From assembly GCA_963704755.1 (NCBI GenBank), contig OY969938.1, positions 1,950,001 through 1,982,000 of the forward strand: a DNA stretch of 32,000 nt. Reading direction: 5' to 3'. Positions within the stretch are counted from its first letter, which is position 1. Each line of letters begins with the position of its first letter. Shown piece by piece: positions 24,782 to 32,000 of the stretch. The DNA is from an uncultured Chloroflexia bacterium. Lineage in GTDB: Bacteria > Chloroflexota > Anaerolineae > Anaerolineales > Anaerolineaceae. The position numbers and the translations under genes are program-made. Under the pieces are notes generated by a model. It did not search any database. It had not been told where the DNA came from and saw only the letters and a program-made list of their open reading frames with translations.

Positions 24782-24835
24782 CGGGTTATGCGGTATTTTT
24801 GGCCGGCGCGCCGGCCAAAAATACCGCATAACCCG
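24782..24835. repeat. 54-bp perfect loop-less palindrome (27-bp arms)
   Basis: CGGGTTATGCGGTATTTTTGGCCGGCG|CGCCGGCCAAAAATACCGCATAACCCG. A solo 12-mer ACCGCATAACCC also occurs at about 13407-13418. Confidence 0.85.
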
Positions 24836-24845
24836 AATTACCCGT

Positions 24846-26327
24846 TCACTTCTTGAATAAGAAAAAGGCCTGGTTATTGGGCGTCAAATTATCGGTCGAA
24901 TAATCTTTGTTGGTGGTAATGACGTATTCAGACAGGTCCAGCGGAGCCAGGTACTGGTTGCTCAAGTAAAAATACTGGGCATATGGCCCATAAGGAATAT
25001 TATCGGCCAGGTAGATATCGTTGCCTGTGCCGGGCAGCTCTTCCAGAATATGGACAAAATCGTAAGTGTACTTGCTGTCATCCCCCGCTATCAACTCGTG
25101 CAGGGACCTGGTTTGGGAAATAGCACCCACGTATAGGACCAGACCCATTATGGCCAGGTAGACGGCCGTCTCTTTAGAGGGCTTCAGCAAAATAATCACC
25201 GAAACGAAGAAAACCAGCGTGAGGCCGATGAAATACATGGTGGTATAGTCGTGGAAGGCGGTCAGGCTGCGCAAGGGGAAGAGCCAGACGAAACCGGACA
25301 AAATAAGGATTAAGTAGATGATCCTTTTTTCCAGCGTTTGCTTGCGTATTGCAAACCACATCACCCCGAACATGACCACCAGCAGGGCCAGGTTACCGAT
25401 GAAACCCAGGTTCACCCGGTTGACCGGGAAAGCCCATTGGATAATCCGGTTGACCTCTGTCTTGGTAAATTCACCCCAGTTGGTGATATTTTGGTATTCC
25501 TGGTTGAAATCTGCGTTCAGCGACAGCCTGCGATCGGCGCTGTCGATAATGCCGGTCTGCAGGATGGGCACGTTTGTTTTTTGCGCCTCGATCACAATAT
25601 TATAGGAAAGAAGGCCGGCCCCCCACACGACGCCAAGGATAGACACGATAAAGGCGGGATGCCTCAGGATACTGCGGACCTTTTGGCCAAAGACCAGCCC
25701 TTTCGACTTGAGGATCAAAATCCCTTCGATTGCCAGCCACACAATTAAAACCGCAAAGGACGAATACCCCCGTCCCAGGGCCACGGCGATAACAGTGGCA
25801 ATATAGACCGGCAGTTTATACCCATCGATCTTATAGAGGGCTATGGCGTAAATGAGCAGCAAGAATCCAAACAAAGCCGGCTGGTCGAAATGCACCATGT
25901 CCTTAAAGAAAAGCAGGAACGGGTTCGAGAAAGCGATCAAGACCGCTGTCAATGCCAGCGGCTTGTTCTTCAGCAATTTATCGACGATCAAAAAGGCCAC
26001 AATGAGCGTGGCCAGAAAGATCAGGTTCATCACCTGCTTGGCCAGGTAGATCTGGCCGGACAGGGTCGAGCGCAATTCCAGCACCCGGTTGAACAGGGCT
26101 GCAAAAAAGACCGGGTAACGGTCGAAATAGTCATAGACGATTTTGCCGGTCTCGTCCTTGTATTGCTCCGCGTAGCCAACGAAATGGTTTTCCGGCGTCG
26201 AGGTCGCGATGATAGCCAGTCCCTGAGAGGACACCCAACCATGGTGGCTGGGCTGGAGAATGTCATAGCCTGGCTGCCAGCCCACAATCGTGTCCTGGAG
26301 CTTGAAAGTTGTGACGACCACCACCAC
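24846..26327 (-). CDS. Polytopic membrane protein, GT-C-fold (ArnT/PMT-like) glycosyltransferase candidate; 5' end uncertain
   Basis: Many hydrophobic segments with a large soluble C-terminal region. The GTG start at 26327 falls inside a hydrophobic helix, and the frame stays open upstream to 26459 without ATG/GTG/TTG. Lower GC than its neighbours. Confidence 0.55.
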   Translation of the reverse strand: MVVVVTTFKLQDTIVGWQPGYDILQPSHHGWVSSQGLAIIATSTPENHFVGYAEQYKDETGKIVYDYFDRYPVFFAALFNRVLELRSTLSGQIYLAKQVMNLIFLATLIVAFLIVDKLLKNKPLALTAVLIAFSNPFLLFFKDMVHFDQPALFGFLLLIYAIALYKIDGYKLPVYIATVIAVALGRGYSSFAVLIVWLAIEGILILKSKGLVFGQKVRSILRHPAFIVSILGVVWGAGLLSYNIVIEAQKTNVPILQTGIIDSADRRLSLNADFNQEYQNITNWGEFTKTEVNRIIQWAFPVNRVNLGFIGNLALLVVMFGVMWFAIRKQTLEKRIIYLILILSGFVWLFPLRSLTAFHDYTTMYFIGLTLVFFVSVIILLKPSKETAVYLAIMGLVLYVGAISQTRSLHELIAGDDSKYTYDFVHILEELPGTGNDIYLADNIPYGPYAQYFYLSNQYLAPLDLSEYVITTNKDYSTDNLTPNNQAFFLFKK

Positions 26328-26723
26328 TAGGATGCCGTAGCACAGGATTGTGGAAAAATTATTCTTTAAAAAATTGAAAATTGGCTCAAAAAAGGGGATT
26401 GTCTTGTCTTTGATGCTTCTGAAAAAAAGAGGCAGTTCTGTTCTTGACCATTGGAATACTCAAGTTTCTCGGACTGGAAATTTATTTTGGAAAGGCTCGG
26501 CTTCTGGTAACAAGGGAATAAGAAGCAATTTGATGGCAGGTTCCCGCAAATAATGCCCATCTATCCCCAAAAGCCCTTGGAAAACATTCTATCACATCCT
26601 CGAAAGTGGGTTGTAATGAAAGAAAGGGGCTCAGTGGACCCTCACCACGGCAAATCCCCAAAACCCAAAAAAGGCGACTGCTCAGCCGTCGCAGCATCAG
26701 AACTTGCTTGAGCAGCTACAAAA

Positions 26724-26760
26724 GGAGGTCGAAGCGCCACGTTGCAGCGCTTCGACCTCC
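26724..26760 (-). terminator. Probable Rho-independent terminator of pdxST
   Basis: GGAGGTCGAAGCGC-9 nt-GCGCTTCGACCTCC (14-bp stem), followed on the minus strand by TTTTG. Confidence 0.55.
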
Positions 26761-26793
26761 AAAGGCCAGGGGAGTGGGTTTGTACAGGCCTTA

Positions 26794-27375
26794 TTAACCC
26801 CTGGCAAGCTTTACAAAATAGCGGTGAAAACGGTCATCGCCGGTCAGTTCCGGATGGAAAGAGGTCGCCAGCAGGCGGCCTTGCCGGGCCGCCACAATGC
26901 GCCCGTCCGGCAGGCTGGCCACCACGCTGGCCGCTCCGTATACCTTGCGAATAATCGGAGCGCGGATGAACACGGCCGGGAAAGGCTCATTTGCGTCACC
27001 GTTATTCGCCAGCCCGGGCACCTGCAGCGAGGCGATGAAACTATCCACCTGCCGGCCGAACGCGTTACGCTCCACCTCGATATCCATCAAACCCAACAGA
27101 GGCTGGGGCCGGTGGATTTCACGGGCCAGGAAGATCGCCCCGGCGCAGGTACCCCAGATGGCGTGCTCACGCCCAAAGGCGCGCAGCGGCTCCATCAGGC
27201 CATAAGCTTCGGCCAGCTTGCCGATCGTGGTCGATTCGCCGCCCGGGATGATCAACCCATCCAGGCCATCCAACTGGCCGGGCAGGCGCACTTCCAGGCT
27301 CTCCACGCCAATCCGCCGCAAGGTAGCCAGGTGCTCGCTAAAATCCCCTTGCAGGGCTAAAATTCCAATTTTCAT
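26794..27375 (-). CDS. pdxT: Pyridoxal 5'-phosphate synthase, glutaminase subunit
   Basis: KIGILALQGDF, IIPGGESTT, GTCAG (catalytic Cys) and FHPELT are all present. Confidence 0.9.
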   Translation of the reverse strand: MKIGILALQGDFSEHLATLRRIGVESLEVRLPGQLDGLDGLIIPGGESTTIGKLAEAYGLMEPLRAFGREHAIWGTCAGAIFLAREIHRPQPLLGLMDIEVERNAFGRQVDSFIASLQVPGLANNGDANEPFPAVFIRAPIIRKVYGAASVVASLPDGRIVAARQGRLLATSFHPELTGDDRFHRYFVKLARG

Positions 27376-27384
27376 CAACCCGCC

Positions 27385-28281
27385 TTACCAGCCGCGCCCG
27401 GCGATGAGCTCCCCTTCCGGTATCGCCGAAATCTGGCGGCCGACCATCGGCTCGCCCAGGTTGCGGCTGACTTCGGCCAGAATGGCCGGGTCGTTGTAGT
27501 GCGTGGTCGCCTTGACGATCGCCGCCGCGCGCTTGGCCGGATCGCCGGACTTGAAGATACCCGAGCCTACAAAAACGCCATCGACACCGAGCTGCATCAT
27601 CAAAGCTGCATCAGCCGGGGTGGCAATCCCACCGGCGGCGAAATTCACCACCGGCATCCGGCCTAACTGGCGGGTCTCGAGAATCACCTCATACGGTGCG
27701 CCGATTTCTTTGGCAAAAGACATCAGCTCTTCCTCGGGCAGCACCGTCAGCCGGCGGATTTCGTCCAGCACGGTGCGGGCGTGGCGGACTGCTTCGACCA
27801 CGTCGCCGGTGCCGGCCTCCCCCTTGGTGCGAATCATGGCCGCGCCTTCACCGATGCGGCGCAGGGCTTCGCCCAGGTTACGGCAGCCGCACACGAACGG
27901 CACTTTGAAGGTGTGTTTGAGGATGTGATGTGATTCATCTGCGGGGGTGAGCACTTCCGATTCGTCGATGTAATCGATGCCGATCGCCTCGAGGATCTGC
28001 GCCTCGACGAAGTGACCGATGCGGCATTTGGCCATCACCGGGATGGACACCGCGTCCATGATCTTGAGGATCAGCTCCGGATCGCTCATGCGGGCCACGC
28101 CGCCGTTAGCGCGGATATCGGCCGGGACGCGCTCCAGGGCCATCACTGCTGCTGCGCCGGCATCTTCCGCGATGCGGGCATGTTCGGGGGTAACCACATC
28201 CATAATCACCCCGCCTTTCAACATCTGGGCCAAACCCTTTTTCAGGGTAAAAGAATCGTTTTCTGTTGTTTGTTGGGTCAT
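27385..28281 (-). CDS. pdxS: Pyridoxal 5'-phosphate synthase, lyase subunit
   Basis: [29 protein letters not shown] and [10 protein letters not shown] are highly conserved PdxS motifs. GGAGAGG lies upstream of the ATG. Confidence 0.95.
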   Translation of the reverse strand: MTQQTTENDSFTLKKGLAQMLKGGVIMDVVTPEHARIAEDAGAAAVMALERVPADIRANGGVARMSDPELILKIMDAVSIPVMAKCRIGHFVEAQILEAIGIDYIDESEVLTPADESHHILKHTFKVPFVCGCRNLGEALRRIGEGAAMIRTKGEAGTGDVVEAVRHARTVLDEIRRLTVLPEEELMSFAKEIGAPYEVILETRQLGRMPVVNFAAGGIATPADAALMMQLGVDGVFVGSGIFKSGDPAKRAAAIVKATTHYNDPAILAEVSRNLGEPMVGRQISAIPEGELIAGRGW

Positions 28282-28494
28282 TTTCCTCTCCGGTTAGCTG
28301 TAATAAGAGTTTCGGGATACCTGCTCATGCTTGCGAATAATAGCATCGTTTGAGATATCCACGGGAACTTAACACCGCTAAACACCTCAAACGATGGTTT
28401 GTGATTAAGTCACTAAAATTCCATCCATACGACACTTCTAATTTTACCCTTTAACCTCTAAATTTGAATTGGATTCTTTTGAAAACCGCTCAAT

Positions 28495-28523
28495 TTGACG
28501 CAGCATCCCCGCTATGTTAAAAT
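28495..28523 (+). promoter_or_regulatory. Sigma-70-type promoter candidate for the histidine kinase/regulator pair
   Basis: TTGACG (28495-28500), a 17-nt spacer, then TAAAAT (28518-28523). Confidence 0.45.
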
Positions 28524-28534
28524 AAGTTAAGAAA

Positions 28535-28645
28535 TAACTACTCAGGCTCCTATCAAAGATTCCCCGAATTTGAGATGTTTGCGAGGGCTTCGCCCTCGCA
28601 AACATCTCAAATTCGGGGTTCTTACCCGTTTGGCTGAGCAGTTAC
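28535..28645. repeat. Composite element: CTGAGYAGTTAC box pair bracketing a 27-bp perfect hairpin (28562-28618) of the CGAATTTGAG family
   Basis: TAACTACTCAG (28535-28545) ... CCCCGAATTTGAGATGTTTGCGAGGGC-TTC-GCCCTCGCAAACATCTCAAATTCGGGG ... CTGAGCAGTTAC (28634-28645). Confidence 0.85.
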
Positions 28646-28680
28646 GTTAAGAGAAAATCAAACCGGGTTCCGCCATCGCA

Positions 28681-30306
28681 ATGAGTGTTTTCACCAAGGT
28701 TGAAATCGATCTGCCTGCCTTCTTGGACCAGCAGCTTAAAAATATCGTTTCATGCTGGGCTGAAAAGATTCGTATCCTTATTACGGCCAACCCGATGGAA
28801 AAAACTTCTCGAAATATACTGCGGCCAGAGGGACTCCTCGAAGAAGAGCGGTTCGTTCAATGGCTTAACTGCATCGTCCGCTCCATTGGGGAAAGTGCTT
28901 ACGAAGACCTGGACGCTTGCTTCAAAGAAATCAGCCAGGCATTTATGCGGTCAGGGGTGGATATCGGCCAGACGACTGAATCGCTGCTGTTATGCAAAGA
29001 AGCGATCATAGAAGTCCTGCTCACTTCGTATTCCTCGAAACCAGCTTCGATCTGGCCGGTTAGCAGCGCTCTGGATGCCTGGATGCGCGGGATGATCGGC
29101 CATTTTAACACGATTTATGCGGACGAGATGAACCGCAGTTTGCAGAATCAGCAAATACGCACTGCCATGATGCTGCAAGTTACCCAACAAGCGACCAGTT
29201 CCTTGAAGATGGAAGTGGTGCTGCAACAAATCGCCAAAGGCATCACCACCGCCCTGGGGGTACCTCACTGCAATTTTTACATCGTCAACGAAAGCCAGAC
29301 CCAATTGATCCCCATGCAGGGTCACGACGAAGTCCCGCTGCCTTCCGAAATAATGCACATATTCCTGAACCAACCCATCCCCTTAGACGACGATTTTGTT
29401 CTAGGGATCCTAAAAAAACGCGAGCCATTCGTCACGTATGATGCCCAGAATGATACGCGTGTGGATAAAGGGATCGTTGGCCCGGTCCACGTTAAATCCG
29501 TTCTGTCGATTCCAATGATCGTTCACGACCATTTTCTGGCCCTGGCCATGATCGGCACCTTCACCGATTACCACGTGTATACCAATGAGGAAATCGAACT
29601 GGCCACCGGTATCGCCAATGCAGCCGGCCTGGCCATAGAAAATGCCCGGCTGCACCGGCAAGTCCAATACCTGGCCGTGATGCAGGAGCGAGAGCGCCTG
29701 TCCCGCGAGATGCACGACAACCTGGCCCAGTCCTTGAGCGCTTTGAAGCTACACGCTTCCTATATAAGTGAGCTGCTATCCTCCGGCGAAGTGGGAAGAG
29801 CCCAGGAGACTCTGACGGACCTGACCACCATCCTTAGCGAAACCAATGCGGATGTACGTGACGTCATCTTTAGTTTGCGCAGCAGCGCCACTTCCGATTT
29901 GGAGTTCTTGCCCACCTTGCGGGCCTACCTGGACCGCTGCTGCAAGATTTTTGGTATGAATGTCCGCCTGACGATTCCCAAGGATGCGGTTGTACTGCTG
30001 CCGCCGGATATCGGCTTGCAGACGATCCGCATCGTCCAGGAAGCCATGACGAATGTGCGCAAGCACGCCAACGCCAGTATCGTCCACGTCAACCTGGATA
30101 TCCAGCCTGAAATGCTATCCATTACCCTGGAAGACGATGGGCGGGGTTTCGACCCCACCGAAATTCCCGAGAAAGCCTGCGGTGGAGTTGGGCTGCAGAT
30201 CATGCGCGAGCGGGCCGAGAGTGTGGCCGGCGCATTCCAGGTCCATTCCCAGCCTGGACAGGGCACGCGGGTTTCTTTACAAGTTCCGCTCATCTCCCCG
30301 AGGTAA
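28681..30306 (+). CDS. Soluble sensor histidine kinase: unassigned N-terminal domain, GAF, HisKA_3, HATPase_c
   Basis: H-box LSREMHDNLAQSL, N-box QEAMTNVRKHA, G-boxes DDGRGF and GGVGLQIMRERA. A GAF-like region lies in the middle. I saw no TM segments. No clear SD before the ATG at 28681, so the start is uncertain. Confidence 0.85.
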   Translation: MSVFTKVEIDLPAFLDQQLKNIVSCWAEKIRILITANPMEKTSRNILRPEGLLEEERFVQWLNCIVRSIGESAYEDLDACFKEISQAFMRSGVDIGQTTESLLLCKEAIIEVLLTSYSSKPASIWPVSSALDAWMRGMIGHFNTIYADEMNRSLQNQQIRTAMMLQVTQQATSSLKMEVVLQQIAKGITTALGVPHCNFYIVNESQTQLIPMQGHDEVPLPSEIMHIFLNQPIPLDDDFVLGILKKREPFVTYDAQNDTRVDKGIVGPVHVKSVLSIPMIVHDHFLALAMIGTFTDYHVYTNEEIELATGIANAAGLAIENARLHRQVQYLAVMQERERLSREMHDNLAQSLSALKLHASYISELLSSGEVGRAQETLTDLTTILSETNADVRDVIFSLRSSATSDLEFLPTLRAYLDRCCKIFGMNVRLTIPKDAVVLLPPDIGLQTIRIVQEAMTNVRKHANASIVHVNLDIQPEMLSITLEDDGRGFDPTEIPEKACGGVGLQIMRERAESVAGAFQVHSQPGQGTRVSLQVPLISPR

Positions 30307-30313
30307 ACAAACA

Positions 30314-31000
30314 ATGGAACCATTACGGGTTTTACTGGCCGACGATCATACCCTCTTCCGGCAGGGCGTCCAGGCATTATTGTCCAACCGGCCCGGCATC
30401 ACCGTGGTCGGGAGCGCCGCCAATGGCTGCGAAGCGATCCAGTTAGCGCACGAAACGATGCCCGACGTCATTTTAATGGATATCGAAATGCCGGGCTGCG
30501 ACGGCCTGGAAGCCACCCGCCAGATCAAGCGCGACCTGCCCCACATCAAAATTGTGGTTCTGACGGTGGTCGATAATGAAGACACCATTTTCGAAGCGAT
30601 CAAGTCCGGCGCGCAGGGCTACCTGCTCAAAGATCTGGAAGCTTACCAGCTCTACGATATGTTGGACGGCTTGCGCCGGGGAGAAGCCCCGCTTTCAGGC
30701 GGTGTGGCGGCCAAGATCCTGGACGAGTTCAATCACCCGCTGCGCAGTCCGAGCGAGCAGCACCAGATCAACGAAGAGCTCTCGCCCCGTGAACGCGACG
30801 TCCTGGAACTGCTGGTGACCGGTATGACCAACAAAGAGATCGCGGACGCGCTCGTCCTGACCGAAAATACGGTCAAAACTCACCTGGCCAATATTCTTGC
30901 CAAGCTGCACCAGCAAAACCGCATCCAGGCCGCGGTCTATGCGGTCCGTAAAGGCCTGGTGGACGAGAAAAAAGGCCGGTCTGGAAGCGGTCCGGTGTAG
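30314..31000 (+). CDS. NarL/LuxR-family response regulator
   Basis: VLLADDH and ILMDIEMPGCDG (REC), then the LuxR HTH LSPRERDVLELLVTGMTNKEIADALVLTENTVKTHL. The ATG at 30314 lies 7 nt after the kinase stop. Confidence 0.9.
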   Translation: MEPLRVLLADDHTLFRQGVQALLSNRPGITVVGSAANGCEAIQLAHETMPDVILMDIEMPGCDGLEATRQIKRDLPHIKIVVLTVVDNEDTIFEAIKSGAQGYLLKDLEAYQLYDMLDGLRRGEAPLSGGVAAKILDEFNHPLRSPSEQHQINEELSPRERDVLELLVTGMTNKEIADALVLTENTVKTHLANILAKLHQQNRIQAAVYAVRKGLVDEKKGRSGSGPV

Positions 31001-31456
31001 AAAGCCAGGTTTCATAATTTGCAGCGCCGGTCTGGAATATCCTTTAATCCATAACGGATTTTAGGGGGAAGAATCGATCCCCCGAGTGGTTCCTGCCTTA
31101 ACCCCAGGCTCCCCCAGGTGGGGGATGTCTTTGCCGGTATTCCTCCCCCGTTCTTTCTTGGGGGGAACCAAAAAGATCGCTCTCTTTTTCACAAATATCC
31201 GCTGACCAGGTGTTTTCTTCAGGGAACAGTTTGCCTATACTGTTAACGATCAGGCAAACTCGGAAAAGCAAAGCTTATCAAAATCAATCAAAAGGGTTTT
31301 TCTACGCGGGGCGATCAACAGAACCCCGATAGATTCGTGCATCAAATTTCCGGTCCCTGGGCCCATACCCGGTCAGGTAAACAGCGGCTGTTCAATTCCG
31401 GCTGCTGCCTCGCCGGGGCAATTTTCCCAGAACCAAAATTTCTCAGGAGAAGATTA

Positions 31457-32000
31457 ATGAGTACACCAGAAGAACCTAAAGGTATCAGCAGGCGAGATTT
31501 TCTTAAGGGTGCAGCAGTGGGCGCCGTTGCGGTCGCGGGCACCGGGATTATGGGCGCTTGCGCTCCCAAAGTCGCCGCCCCCACCCCAGAAGCAAGCACC
31601 CAGGCCCAGGCTTCTTTCGAAATCACCCCCGATCCCATTCCGGCCAGTGAGATCAAAACCACCGTCGATGCCGATGTCGTGATCGTCGGCGCTGGCGACA
31701 GCGGTTTGACGGCCGCATTGGCGGCCAGCGAAGCCGGGGCCAAGGTCGTGGTCATTGAAAAAAGCGAGACTTTTAACGGCCGTGGGTTTGGTAACGGGGC
31801 CATTGGCACCAAGTTTCACACCCAACAGGGCATCCAATTAGACAAGAAGAAAATTGTCAACGAATTGATGCGCTGGGCCGGAAATAAGGCCGAGCAGCCG
31901 CGCATCGAGATGTGGGCCAATCACAGCGGCGAGGTTTACGATCACATCATCGATCTGGCCACCGCCGCCGGCCTGGCAGTGACGCTATTCCCGGCCGCGG
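31457..32000 (+). CDS. Tat-signal (possibly lipoprotein) FAD-dependent oxidoreductase, fumarate-reductase/FAD_binding_2-like; 3' end outside the window
   Basis: Not on the ORF track because there is no stop in the window. AGGAGA lies 6 nt upstream of the ATG. My translation gives MSTPEEPKGISRRDFLKGAAVGAVAVAGTGIMGACAP (twin-Arg motif, then a Cys), then DVVIVGAGDSGLTAALAASEAGAKVVVIEK (a GxGxxG FAD fold). Confidence 0.7.
   Translation, partial: MSTPEEPKGISRRDFLKGAAVGAVAVAGTGIMGACAPKVAAPTPEASTQAQASFEITPDPIPASEIKTTVDADVVIVGAGDSGLTAALAASEAGAKVVVIEKSETFNGRGFGNGAIGTKFHTQQGIQLDKKKIVNELMRWAGNKAEQPRIEMWANHSGEVYDHIIDLATAAGLAVTLFPAA

Noticed and set aside
26350-26797. Small ORFs (61-71 aa) in the AT-rich gap between the GT-C gene and pdxT
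   Set aside because: They overlap one another, have no RBS or motifs, and part of the region is probably the true 5' extension of the GT-C gene.
1932-28645. The possibility that the recurring hairpins are a CRISPR array
   Set aside because: The copies are kilobases apart in separate intergenic regions, are not identical direct repeats, have no regular repeat-spacer periodicity, and no cas genes are present.
1-32000. tRNA, rRNA, tmRNA, RNase P, SRP RNA or known riboswitch signatures
   Set aside because: A scan by eye of all intergenic regions found no cloverleaf-like segments or hallmark conserved cores. A proper tRNAscan/Infernal run is still needed to confirm their absence.

Overview
This is a 32-kb GC-rich bacterial chromosomal segment. 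Gene content and repeat style look Chloroflexota/Anaerolineae-like, but that taxon call is a guess. All family calls come from reading motifs by eye; no searches or folding programs were run.

I can support about 31 protein genes:
- Two two-component modules: an Hpt-containing hybrid protein with a REC/CpaE-like regulator, and a GAF/HisKA_3 kinase with a NarL-type regulator.
- A DUF362 Fe-S protein and a DUF169 protein.
- pcp, ackA and pdxST.
- A TetR-SDR-DUF4188 cluster.
- Several small enzymes: PPOX/F420, an APH-like kinase, YegP, HAD, a hemerythrin-like protein and DinB.
- A minus-strand sugar locus: a frameshifted LacI gene, a lipoprotein substrate-binding protein, two permeases, a GT4-like glycosyltransferase and a GH13_18 sugar phosphorylase.
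- An acyltransferase and a polytopic GT-C-like membrane protein.
- A 3'-truncated Tat-signal flavoprotein that is missing from the ORF track.

I found no rRNA, tRNA, CRISPR array, transposase or recognisable multi-gene defence system.

The unusual content is non-coding. Almost every intergenic gap carries long perfect palindromes with 13-27 bp arms, and these fall into sequence families:
- A roughly 57-nt hairpin family with 3 perfect copies and 2 decayed ones. Every arm substitution between the perfect copies is compensated, and most copies sit in 5' leaders.
- A 140-bp MITE-like element in two copies, each with a 12-bp target-site duplication.
- A 12-nt box, CTGAGYAGTTAC, present at least 11 times and often as inverted pairs bracketing unrelated hairpins.
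- Loop-less perfect palindromes of 32, 46 and 54 bp.
- A GC-rich CCCTC/GAGGG hairpin repeat.

Other points worth a second look are a strongly AT-rich 1-kb islet with one orphan ORF between 18-bp direct repeats, and a well-defined promoter/operator upstream of the broken LacI gene.
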